Positions 10,193 through 22,763 of a DNA stretch of 64,000 bases are shown here, in pieces. Source of the stretch: an uncultured archaeon. Its GTDB lineage: Archaea > Thermoproteota > EX4484-205 > JAAOZP01. The stretch spans positions 1 through 64,000 of the forward strand of contig CALIBN010000015.1 in the NCBI GenBank assembly GCA_938045545.1, in the 5' to 3' direction. The notes beneath the pieces are model-generated. The model was not told the DNA's origin and did no database searches. It saw only the letters and a program-made list of their open reading frames with translations. Every line of letters begins with the position of its first letter. Position 1 is the first letter of the stretch. The position numbers and the translations under genes were made by a program.

Positions 10193-11451
10193 ACATTAAC
10201 TTTTTAACGAAGACAAGACTTAACTCTCAACAAATGCTGGAAACATGCCCCTCGTTTTCCAGAGGAAAAGAGTGGGAAAACTTGTTGAAACGAGTCGAAA
10301 AACCAGCTAGCTGTTCACCCGGGAAGAACTGGACGAGTATTTTCACGTCTCATTTCATCCTGCTAATGCTGCTGGCTTCACTCTACTCCAGTGCAACGGG
10401 CTCCCCCGCAATTCGGGACCGTCTCGCTGGAGAAGATTTCTCAAGATTCTACGCGTATGATAAGACGATTCCTCTGAATCCTGTGGAAGAACTAGTCAGG
10501 GACGAGGGGGTTTGCAAAATATTCAAGGTTTATTTTAACTCGGTTAACAACGAAAGGGTTCCAGCCCTGGTTTCAATACCCTCAGGCCAGGGTAAACATC
10601 CATGCGTCGTTTTTCTCCACGGCTACGGGGGTTCTAAAGAAGACATATTGTCTTTTGCAAGCCTGGTTGCAGCCGAGGGCTATGCGGTCATCTCCATAGA
10701 CGCTGTGTTCCACGGTGAGCGTAGGGAGGAGGGGAAAGCATTATACTCGCCGAACCTGGAGGAGTCTAGAAACGGCATAATTCAAACCATCATTGACCTT
10801 AGGAGGGCAGTGGACTATCTTGAAACCAGGGAGGAGATTGATGTTGAGAAGATAGGATATGTTGGCGGCAGCATGGGGGGGATCCTAGGAGCAATATTCA
10901 TAGGTGTTGAGCCCAGGATTAGGGCTGCTGCACTCCTAGTTGCAGGGGGTAACATGAGCCTGATGATAATGAGGAGCCAGCATCCAGCAATACCGGCGAT
11001 AAGAAAATACTTGGAGGAACAGAACATGACGTATAAGGAGCTTCAGGAAAAACTGGATCCTGTTGACCCTCTCAACTTCATAGGGAGATTCGCGCCTAGG
11101 CCTGTGGTCTTCCACCTTGGGAAATACGACCGGATTGTCCCTGCTGAAGCCGGCGAGCAGCTTTACAAGGCGGCTGGAGAACCAAAGCAAGTATACTGGT
11201 ATGATTCCGGCCACGATCTTCCTTTGGAGCTGGTTGCCTCAAGGATCCTTGACTTTATGGATAGAGAGTTGAAAGGAGTCTTTTTCACCTCTCACGAGGC
11301 AAGGTTCTGGGCGGCTAGATACGGTTTGCCAATTCTGGCAGCCGGGCTTGCCGCAAGTGTTTTAGCCTACACTATACTTGGATCTAAACACTCTAAGCGT
11401 TCTAAACCTGCTACCGTATCTAGACCATGCTGCGACTGGAAAAACGGTTAA
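10189..11451 (+). CDS. Alpha/beta hydrolase (acetylxylan esterase/dienelactone hydrolase-like) with signal/TM segment and C-terminal TM; true start probably downstream
   Basis: VVFLHGYGG, GGSMGG nucleophile elbow, DRIVP, SGH. Confidence 0.88.
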   Translation: MNINFLTKTRLNSQQMLETCPSFSRGKEWENLLKRVEKPASCSPGKNWTSIFTSHFILLMLLASLYSSATGSPAIRDRLAGEDFSRFYAYDKTIPLNPVEELVRDEGVCKIFKVYFNSVNNERVPALVSIPSGQGKHPCVVFLHGYGGSKEDILSFASLVAAEGYAVISIDAVFHGERREEGKALYSPNLEESRNGIIQTIIDLRRAVDYLETREEIDVEKIGYVGGSMGGILGAIFIGVEPRIRAAALLVAGGNMSLMIMRSQHPAIPAIRKYLEEQNMTYKELQEKLDPVDPLNFIGRFAPRPVVFHLGKYDRIVPAEAGEQLYKAAGEPKQVYWYDSGHDLPLELVASRILDFMDRELKGVFFTSHEARFWAARYGLPILAAGLAASVLAYTILGSKHSKRSKPATVSRPCCDWKNG

Positions 11452-12220
11452 AAATGATCATCTAAATCATTTTCCAAAAACGGAGGAGCAGAAGAATTTA
11501 AGGGTTAAGGTTGCTGAAGAAGGGGGCTTTTCGGATGATTTTGAAACCAAGTCACCCTACTGGAGTTGGAGGGTAGACAACCATGCCGGCTTCGAGGTCA
11601 AGGGGGGCGTTTTAAAAATGTGGATGGGGCCGACGGAGGCCCTCTACTATTCGAATGCCGAGATAGCTGACGGTCTTTTCGACGACCTCCCCCGGATGTT
11701 TAAGACTTTTGAGACAAAGGCCAGGCTCTTAGGGGAGCACTACGGCAGCGCCGGGTGGGGCTTCTGGAATCACACCATGGTTACAGATAGATCTCTACCC
11801 ATATGGTTCATATACTTAAGGACTAGGCGCCCATATGCGTTCTCAGGCTTCTTCGCCCAAGTGGGAAACCGTTTCCAGCCGATAATGCTTCTCGAGGAAA
11901 GCAGCAAGTTTACTGTAGCTTCAATACTTTCGAAAATATCGAGTAGAATAACCGGGGTAGACATAGTATCCTCGAAGCCCACAATGCAGGAGCTCAAGCT
12001 TGACGAGTGGCACGAGTATAGAGTAGAATGGGTTAAACAGGGGGTAAGCTTTTACGTAGACTGCAGGGAGGTGGCGAAAATCCCGTTCGCCTTTAAAGAG
12101 GAGAGGGCTCGTGCAGACGCGTGGATAGATAATGCTGTCTACGAGATTAGGAAGGGGGATCCAGGTGGAGTCTACAGGCATGCGACTCAGGAAAACAGAG
12201 AAAAGCGTTCCTCGAAGTAG
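11378..12220 (+). CDS. Concanavalin A-like/GH16-fold protein; start uncertain, last codons probably frameshifted
   Basis: FSDDFE, GSAGWGFWN, DEWHEYRVEW..VSFYVD; FLEVDHIRVV* continues in another frame to 12240. Confidence 0.65.
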   Translation: MDLNTLSVLNLLPYLDHAATGKTVKNDHLNHFPKTEEQKNLRVKVAEEGGFSDDFETKSPYWSWRVDNHAGFEVKGGVLKMWMGPTEALYYSNAEIADGLFDDLPRMFKTFETKARLLGEHYGSAGWGFWNHTMVTDRSLPIWFIYLRTRRPYAFSGFFAQVGNRFQPIMLLEESSKFTVASILSKISSRITGVDIVSSKPTMQELKLDEWHEYRVEWVKQGVSFYVDCREVAKIPFAFKEERARADAWIDNAVYEIRKGDPGGVYRHATQENREKRSSK

Positions 12221-12243
12221 ACCATATTAGGGTCGTTTAAGCT

Positions 12244-13209
12244 TTAAACGACAAGCTCGCCGCTTTCCAACAGGTACGCTATGCATTCCCGGTAAATGTC
12301 TTCTGTAGTGTAGCGCGGCTGGTATCCGAGCAGCCGTTGGGCCTTCTCTATGCTGACGCAGGGAGAGTGAATAACGTGATCCTTCATAATTGCAAACGCC
12401 TCCTCTCCTAAGACCTCCACCATTTTCTGCAGGGGAACGAATCTCAGGCTTGGTTTCCTTCCGAAAAGAGAAGCCACGAACTCGCAGCAGGATGCCAGGG
12501 TCATAGCATAGGGCGCTGCAACGCTGAAGGATTCCCCCAAGGCTGCTTTACGGTTGAGAATTGCCAGCTCGAAAATCTGTGCCACGTCCTCAGCATGCAC
12601 GTGGTGAAGAGTTGCCAGACCAGTGTCCGGCAGGTACACATCCTCCTGGTGCGCCAGCCTCCTGTAAACATCTACACCATTCCTGGTTCCCTGAGGATCT
12701 ATCGGGAGCCACTTCTTCCCTGAAATATGGCCAGGATGGATCACTGTCGCGGGAAAACCCTCCCTACTATATTTCTCAAGGAGATCAGCCTCAATCCTAG
12801 CCTTCAGCTTACCGTACTCCGTAACCGGTTTCCTAGGGTAATTCTCCCGGTAGGGTACTCGAGTACTTGGACCATAGGCCCATATGGTGCCGCAGTGTAT
12901 GAAGTGACTTACACGCCCATCAAGATTTTCGACGATCAACCTGTTCTGCTCAGGAGTATAGCAAATAAGGTCTATTACAACATCAGCGTCAACCGTAGCC
13001 ATGCGTTTCCCCCATGAACCGTTTCTCTCCTCCATAACCCTGTCAGCAACAACCCATTCAACCTGGCTCCATAGCTGTTCCGTGTCAGCCCCACCGTAAC
13101 GCGGCCTAGGGTTTCTCGCTAGAACCTGAACATCGTAGCCGCGTAAAACTAGGCGTGGAACAAGGTAGCTGCCGATGTGCCCGGTTCCGCCGATTACAAG
13201 AACCTTCAT
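12244..13209 (-). CDS. NAD-dependent epimerase/dehydratase (extended SDR)
   Basis: VIGGTGHIG, YGKLK, HVEDVA-like motif. Confidence 0.92.
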   Translation of the reverse strand: MKVLVIGGTGHIGSYLVPRLVLRGYDVQVLARNPRPRYGGADTEQLWSQVEWVVADRVMEERNGSWGKRMATVDADVVIDLICYTPEQNRLIVENLDGRVSHFIHCGTIWAYGPSTRVPYRENYPRKPVTEYGKLKARIEADLLEKYSREGFPATVIHPGHISGKKWLPIDPQGTRNGVDVYRRLAHQEDVYLPDTGLATLHHVHAEDVAQIFELAILNRKAALGESFSVAAPYAMTLASCCEFVASLFGRKPSLRFVPLQKMVEVLGEEAFAIMKDHVIHSPCVSIEKAQRLLGYQPRYTTEDIYRECIAYLLESGELVV

Positions 13210-13513
13210 TTTTAAGACGGGGTTTAAGCCTGAAGTTAAAAGCTTTGCGAATCAACGGTTTGACAATGCAATAAACCTCTTTCCACGTTTCTTTAAGCTC
13301 AGCATCATTCTTAGCCTCCCTTGCCGAACTTAGCCCTTTACGTCTCCAGAAAAACATGTCTATAACGAGTATTTGAAACCGTGACGCCTGTGCTAATGTG
13401 CAAAGATGAGGTTTAGGCAAAAATTAAAAAGGATCTCTGGCTCCCATGCTTAACGGCGCGTGCCTCCTGCATATTAAGATTTATATTTCCTTCCAAGGGT
13501 TTGCAAACAGTGT

Positions 13514-15094
13514 TTGATGAGCGAAAGAGTTGTAATGAGCATTGATCAAGGCACCACGGGCTCCCGAGTCTCACTGTACAGGCATGATGGAACACCGCAT
13601 CCTGACGGCTGGTGTTACGTTGAGCATTCGCAGGCTTATCCTAAACCAGGCTGGGTTGAACACGATCCTATCGAAATATGGTTGAACGTTAAGCGTTGCA
13701 TAAGGAGCGTGCTGGATAGGACTCGTGTTAAACCGGTGGAGATAGTTGCGATAGGAGTGGCCAATCAACGTGAAACAATCGTATCCTGGAACCCTAAAAC
13801 AGGAAGACCCGTTTCAAACGCAATCGTATGGCAGGACCGTAGGACAGCTAAGCTGGTTGACTATCTCCGGGAGAACTATTTGAACGAGATTGTTGAGAAA
13901 ACCGGTTTGATCCCGGACAGCTATTTCTCGGGCACCAAGATATGGTGGATGCTTGAAAACATTCAGGGTTTGCGTGAGAAGGCTTTGAGGGGTGAAGCTG
14001 TTTTCGGGACAATAGACACGTGGATAATATGGAACCTGACGAATGGTTCTCCAGATGTTCAAACTCCGGAGTTTAACGGTGCATTCGTAACTGATTACAG
14101 CAATGCTTCAAGAACGATGCTCTTTAACATACATAGGCTTGCTTGGGACGAGGGTCTTGCAGAGATACAGGGTAAAATACCTGTTGAAGCCCTAGCGATG
14201 CCGAGGCCAAGCAGCGATAAAAACATCTATGGATGGACTGGGCCAGAGGCCTCAAGCATTTTCGGGGGAACCAGTAAGCCGGTGACTGGTGATGCTGGAG
14301 ACCAGCAGGCTGCTCTACTGGGCCAAGCAGGGTTTGAGCCATACGACGTGAAATGTACCTATGGGACTGGAAACTTCATACTGATGAACACGGGAGAGCG
14401 CACGGTCCGCTCTAAAACAGGGCTGCTGGCTACAGTGCTTTACAGCGTTGAACCCGGTAAAGCAGTCTATGCTCTTGAGGGAAGCGTCTTTATCACTGGT
14501 GCAGCCATCCAGTGGCTGCGCGACGGCCTGAAGATAATTGAGGTTTCCGGGGAGGTTAACCCTCTGGCTGAGGCTGCTGAAGACACTGGCGGCACGTATT
14601 TCATACCAGCGTTCACAGGGCTTGGAGCACCTTACTGGGACCCTTATGCGAGAGGCATGATGATAGGTTTAACCAGGGGGACGAGCAGGAGGCATATTGC
14701 CAGGGCAGTTTTAGAGTCCATCGCCTACTTGACTCGCGACGTGGCTGAAGCGATGTTCAACGATACTGGCAGAAAGGTTAAAACGCTTAAGGCAGACGGC
14801 GGCGCAGCCAGGAGCGATTTTCTGCTTCAATTCCAGGCGGATATTCTCGACGCCACCGTTGTCAGACCGATGGTGCAGGAGACAACCAGCCTTGGAGCAG
14901 CATATCTAGCCGGCTTAGCCGTGGGCTTCTGGCGGGACATAGGCGAGGTTAAAAACAACTGGAGGATGGAGAGGGAGTTTAAACCCTTGATGAGCCAGGA
15001 TGCGAGGGAGAAACTGTACAGGGGCTGGAAGGCGGCTGTCAAAAGGTCTCTAGGATGGGCTAGAGAAGTGCCCTGGGCCTACGGATACGAGTAG
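13514..15094 (+). CDS. glpK: Glycerol kinase
   Basis: IDQGTTGSR, GWVEHDP, NQRET, VWQDRRT, GDQQAAL, KCTYGTG, GLGAPYWD. Confidence 0.97.
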   Translation: MMSERVVMSIDQGTTGSRVSLYRHDGTPHPDGWCYVEHSQAYPKPGWVEHDPIEIWLNVKRCIRSVLDRTRVKPVEIVAIGVANQRETIVSWNPKTGRPVSNAIVWQDRRTAKLVDYLRENYLNEIVEKTGLIPDSYFSGTKIWWMLENIQGLREKALRGEAVFGTIDTWIIWNLTNGSPDVQTPEFNGAFVTDYSNASRTMLFNIHRLAWDEGLAEIQGKIPVEALAMPRPSSDKNIYGWTGPEASSIFGGTSKPVTGDAGDQQAALLGQAGFEPYDVKCTYGTGNFILMNTGERTVRSKTGLLATVLYSVEPGKAVYALEGSVFITGAAIQWLRDGLKIIEVSGEVNPLAEAAEDTGGTYFIPAFTGLGAPYWDPYARGMMIGLTRGTSRRHIARAVLESIAYLTRDVAEAMFNDTGRKVKTLKADGGAARSDFLLQFQADILDATVVRPMVQETTSLGAAYLAGLAVGFWRDIGEVKNNWRMEREFKPLMSQDAREKLYRGWKAAVKRSLGWAREVPWAYGYE

Positions 15095-15125
15095 GCTTGA
15101 ACAGGTTGGAAGGAGAATATTACAC

Positions 15126-18287
<3,162 letters not shown>

Positions 18288-18319
18288 AACTTATTAGGGA
18301 AAAGGGTGACTGGTCCGCC

Positions 18320-19411
18320 ATGGATTTAGACGAGGCTTTAAGGAGAATTGTTGAAGAAGGAGTGAAGCTGGTTGACAAATGCTTGTCGAAGGCCTCGGAC
18401 GGTACAACCTTGTTCAGGCCAGATGGAGGAGGAAACTACAACGCGCTCTGGACAAGAGACTTCTGCTACATGCTTGAAGGCCTCCCAGGCTGTATTAAGC
18501 GCGAAGACGCTGTCGAAGCCTATTTCTACATAGTTAGCCGCCAGAGGGGCGACGGGGCTATTCCCGATAGAGTTGGAATAAACGGGGAGCCCTACTATAA
18601 TGTCTTCGGTTTAAAACCTCCGACTGACAATCCTCAGTTCGCGGTTAAAATAGCATGGGAAATATGGCGTGCTTACGGCGACGCTTCCCCATTCATGCTA
18701 ACTGCGGACAGGTTGGAGAAAGCCTTAGGTTCACTTCCTTTGAGCAGTTCTGGCTTAATCTGGATCGACCCCGGGAGCCCGCATTCACCCTACGGCTTTA
18801 CGGACTGCGTTGCAAAAACCGGTGAGGAACTTTTCTCCTCACTACTTCTTTACGAGGCGCACGTTAAAATGGCTGAGCTCTACGGGGCGGTGAGAAGAAC
18901 GGAGGAGGCAAAGGCACATCAGGCGCAGGCGGCTAAAGTAAAGAGCTCGCTGGAGAAACTGTGGTCTGGAGAGGGCTATTTCTTCGCAGCCTCCGTAGAC
19001 TGTAGGCAGCCAGATGTATGGGGGTCGGCATACGCCGTATGGGTTGATGCGGTTGACAACCAGAGGGCCATAGAGATTTCCAGGTGGCTCTCAAGCTGTT
19101 TCGACAAGATAGTTAAATGGGGTCAGGTAAGGCATCTGCCAGAGCCTTTAGTCTGGGAGAAAACCCTTACAGAAATGGAGCCCGGCACGTATCAAAACGG
19201 GGCTTACTGGGGGACGGCGACGGGGTGGGTGGCCTACGCAATATCACTCGCCAACCGTCAACTGGCTGAGAGAATGCTTACAGACCTTGTCGAATTCTGC
19301 GAGGCAGAGGGGAAAGCATGGGAATGTGTAAACCTAGACTACAGGAAATGCCCGGATTATGTGGCCACTTTAGCCTGCCCTTCAGCCCTAGTCGAAAGGA
19401 TTAATATATAA
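18320..19411 (+). CDS. Six-hairpin (alpha/alpha)6 glycosidase-like protein
   Basis: YNALWTRDF, YGFTDCV, YQNGAYWGT. Confidence 0.75.
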   Translation: MDLDEALRRIVEEGVKLVDKCLSKASDGTTLFRPDGGGNYNALWTRDFCYMLEGLPGCIKREDAVEAYFYIVSRQRGDGAIPDRVGINGEPYYNVFGLKPPTDNPQFAVKIAWEIWRAYGDASPFMLTADRLEKALGSLPLSSSGLIWIDPGSPHSPYGFTDCVAKTGEELFSSLLLYEAHVKMAELYGAVRRTEEAKAHQAQAAKVKSSLEKLWSGEGYFFAASVDCRQPDVWGSAYAVWVDAVDNQRAIEISRWLSSCFDKIVKWGQVRHLPEPLVWEKTLTEMEPGTYQNGAYWGTATGWVAYAISLANRQLAERMLTDLVEFCEAEGKAWECVNLDYRKCPDYVATLACPSALVERINI

Positions 19412-19428
19412 ATGGGGTAGGACCAGCA

Positions 19429-20508
19429 ATGGGGCCGCGGGAAAGGGTAAAAAATGTTCTTAAAGGAAGAATGCCCGACAGGATCCCTTGGATTATATAC
19501 TCAAGCCATCTTCCAAGGGGGAGCTTTGAGCGCAGGATGAGAGACATGGGGCTAGGGCTTGAGGAAAGGTGCAGCATATATAGGGCGTCGAACCCGAACG
19601 TCCGGATAGAGAGTAGAACAGTAGGCGACTACGTCTACACGACTTACCGTACTCCTGTTGGAGAGCTGAACTCTAAGACGCGGATTGGAATGAGGTTTCA
19701 GTTTCCAGGAGGCTCATGGACTGTTGAGCACCCGGTGAAAAACATGAACGACATCAAGGCTTTAATATTCATGATAGAGGATACTGTCTACGAACCCGAC
19801 TATGAAACATATGTCAGGATTAAAGAAGAGCTGGAGGAAGACGGTATTGTTACTGTTTGGGCTGACTACACGCCCCTTATGAAAACAATCGTCAGATACA
19901 TGGGTTTCAAAACCTTCGCGGTCATGTATCGGAGAAACAGGGAGATGATAGAGGAGCTGATTGAAACACTGGACAAGAGTTTTCTAAAAATGTATAGGAT
20001 AATAGCTGACTCGCCGGCCGAGATAGTCAGAGTGGGAGACAACATTGACTCAATGCTCATATCTCCAAGCCTCTTCCAGAAATACTGCCTCCCTTATTAT
20101 AATAAGTATGCAGATATTCTTCATGAAAAAGGAAAGACTGTTGTTTCACACATGGATGGCAGGCTTAAAGCGCTTAAAAACCTTATAGGTGAAACAAGGC
20201 TTGACGCTATAGAGGCTTTTACACCCCCACCTGGGGGAGACCTTTCGCCGAAGGAAGCCAGGGAAGCCTGGGGGAATAAAGTAGTTTGGATGAACTTTCC
20301 AGAGGAAGTGTTCCTCAGAACGCCTGAAGAGATAAGGAGTTTCACAATAAGGCTGCTCGAGGAAATAGCTCCAGGAGAAGGTTTTATCATAAGCGTTACG
20401 GAAGATGTTCACCCGGATCATTACAGGAAGGGTATTGAAACAGTGACTGAGACGCTATACAAATACGGCGGACTGCCTATAAATCCGCCATTAGCCTGTG
20501 ACCAGTAG
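19429..20508 (+). CDS. UroD/MtaA (methylcobamide methyltransferase-like) family protein
   Basis: PDRIPW, GDNIDS..ISP..FQKYCLPYY, SHMDG, EAFTPPP. Confidence 0.88.
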   Translation: MGPRERVKNVLKGRMPDRIPWIIYSSHLPRGSFERRMRDMGLGLEERCSIYRASNPNVRIESRTVGDYVYTTYRTPVGELNSKTRIGMRFQFPGGSWTVEHPVKNMNDIKALIFMIEDTVYEPDYETYVRIKEELEEDGIVTVWADYTPLMKTIVRYMGFKTFAVMYRRNREMIEELIETLDKSFLKMYRIIADSPAEIVRVGDNIDSMLISPSLFQKYCLPYYNKYADILHEKGKTVVSHMDGRLKALKNLIGETRLDAIEAFTPPPGGDLSPKEAREAWGNKVVWMNFPEEVFLRTPEEIRSFTIRLLEEIAPGEGFIISVTEDVHPDHYRKGIETVTETLYKYGGLPINPPLACDQ

Positions 20509-20670
20509 CTTAAAGCCGTGGAAAAACAGCTTGTCGAAGCCTTCTTTCAAAAGATTAAATTGAAGAATTGCCCGAGTTGAATATGGCTTCTCATTACGAC
20601 CAGGGAATTGCGTTAAGCCTGGTAACCAAAAAGTTAAAATATTTTCAGCATTCTCAAGCCTTGAGCAGAA

Positions 20671-21426
20671 ATGGGAATAGCGTTGCAGCTTTACTCGGTA
20701 CGCGAAGACTGCGCCAAGGATCTTGAGGGGACTCTTAAGGCGGTTGCTGAAATGGGTTACGAGGGCGTTGAGTTCGCAGGGTATTATGGGAGAAGTGCTG
20801 AAAACCTTAGGGCGATCCTTGACGACCTGGGTTTGAAGGTGGCTGGGACGCACATAAGTATAGATACTCTGCTCGGGGAAGAGCTTGGCAAGACTGTTGA
20901 GTTTAACCGTGTCCTGGAAAACAGGTTTCTAATAGTTCCAGGCCTGCCCGCTGAAATGCTGGGTTCAAAAGCCAATTGCTTGGAGGCGGCTAATCTGTTC
21001 AACGAAATTTCTGGAAAGCTTAGGAAAGAGGGTATGAGGGTCGGCTACCATAATCACATGTTAGAATTCAAAACCATTAACGGCGAGAGAATATGGGACT
21101 TGTTCTTCAGCTCCACGATCCCCGAGGTGGTGATGCAGCTGGACACTGGGAACGCGATGCATGGAGGAGTCGATGCTGAGGGCATTCTGGAGATAATCCG
21201 GAAATACCCTGGCAGAGCCGTAACCGTGCATGTGAAAGAGTATTCCTCTAAAGACCCTAAGGCAGTGATTGGGGAAGGGGAAATGAAGTGGCGCGAATTC
21301 TTCGAGCTCTGTAGAACAGTGGGTGGAACCGAGTGGTATATTGTTGAGCAGGAGAGCTATGCCTATTCTCCTCTCGAATGCGTTAAGCGTTGCATAGAAA
21401 ACCTTAAAAGAATGAGGCTTGTATAG
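20671..21426 (+). CDS. Sugar phosphate isomerase/epimerase (IolE/xylose isomerase-like TIM barrel)
   Basis: LQLYSVR, GYEGVEFAG, GYHNH, QLDTGN, HVKE, IVEQE. Confidence 0.92.
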   Translation: MGIALQLYSVREDCAKDLEGTLKAVAEMGYEGVEFAGYYGRSAENLRAILDDLGLKVAGTHISIDTLLGEELGKTVEFNRVLENRFLIVPGLPAEMLGSKANCLEAANLFNEISGKLRKEGMRVGYHNHMLEFKTINGERIWDLFFSSTIPEVVMQLDTGNAMHGGVDAEGILEIIRKYPGRAVTVHVKEYSSKDPKAVIGEGEMKWREFFELCRTVGGTEWYIVEQESYAYSPLECVKRCIENLKRMRLV

Positions 21427-21688
21427 CGGCCTATCCAAATCAATTTTTTAAAGGATTGCCACAAAGCCTAGATCTGTCCTATAAAGATTAAATTTAAGGC
21501 TTTACACATCAAAAATGTAACGCGTGCTAAAAGGCGAATACTAAAATTATCAAGTTGGGAATAGAAGTGGTAGAAACGACAGCTATTACTGAAGAAAAAT
21601 TCCAGTTGAAATAAGAATCTAGAAGGCTAAAGTTTAAAAAGACATATAAACTTTAAAATCTTAGAAAATTGGGAGGAGGAATGAGTAA

Positions 21689-22477
21689 ATGAAGATATTG
21701 TATGAATTTATTCCCAAAGCGAACTTTATAGATTTAGCAGAAGAAATAAAGGATCTAGTGGACGGTTTAAACATTACCGATAGCGCAGGAGGGATACCTG
21801 CTCCCAGTGCTACTGCAGTAGCCTGCGCGCTTAAGATAAAGTATCCTCAAAAAATAATGATTCCCATGCTGATTACTAATTATAAGGGACCAGTCGAAAT
21901 CGCTGCTGTAGCAAGTGCTTGCGAAGCCTTAGGGATTTATGGAATGGTACCTGATCCGGGAGACGCTCCCAGATACGGATATCCAATAAGGACAAGAAAA
22001 GACGGAACCTGTGAAATTCTTTCTGATAAAGAGGAGATTGAAAGATTTAGACGCGCAACCGGTCCTGCGGAAGAAGTTAGGGAATTTCTGCGTAATATCG
22101 TAAAGATAAAAAAGTTAAAATTAGGCTGTCTCTTAACTAGTCGTAGACCTACGGAAGAGGCTATTACACGCATAAGGGATGCTTGGGATTTCTGCCTTTT
22201 TTTGCGCTTAGAAAAGACCTCTTTGCCAAAGTTAAAAGAATTAGCTTCGGAGTGTAAAAATTTAGGAAAACCCATTTATCCGTATTTTGTAGTTGAGACG
22301 CCTAAAAATAAAAAGATTCTGGAAAGAATCGGATGGCCTTCTACAACGACCTTAGAAAAAGCAGAGGAATTCGCAGCCGAACTACAAGGTATTGTAGACG
22401 GCATAATCTCTACTTGCCTAGGAGATCTGGAGGCAGATAAAAAGCTACTTGATAAACTACAGAAATTCAGGGAATAG
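21689..22477 (+). CDS. Divergent methylenetetrahydrofolate reductase (MetF)-like FAD-binding barrel
   Basis: YEFIP, GLNITDSAGG and GDAP resemble MetF motifs; lies upstream of fhs. Confidence 0.55.
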   Translation: MKILYEFIPKANFIDLAEEIKDLVDGLNITDSAGGIPAPSATAVACALKIKYPQKIMIPMLITNYKGPVEIAAVASACEALGIYGMVPDPGDAPRYGYPIRTRKDGTCEILSDKEEIERFRRATGPAEEVREFLRNIVKIKKLKLGCLLTSRRPTEEAITRIRDAWDFCLFLRLEKTSLPKLKELASECKNLGKPIYPYFVVETPKNKKILERIGWPSTTTLEKAEEFAAELQGIVDGIISTCLGDLEADKKLLDKLQKFRE

Positions 22478-22763
22478 GACGGTAAAGAGATAAGAAAACT
22501 TATTTATTTGTGAAACGCGTGGTCCTTTGCTTAGGGAAAAGAGTTATGCTGAGAAGTGTGAAAACTGCGTCGGAGAGTAAAATTTAATTAAGCGGATGCT
22601 TCTACAGGCAGACGCTAGCGCACTGAGCCATGGAGAAGATGCTCTCATAAGCTATTTTAGGCACGCCCTGTGGATTGGAAGGGACTTTAGACATATAGAA
22701 GTCATTAAAAAGCTGATGGCATAAGTCGCCCCATGATTTCAGAAAGCCTTAAATGTTAGCTAT

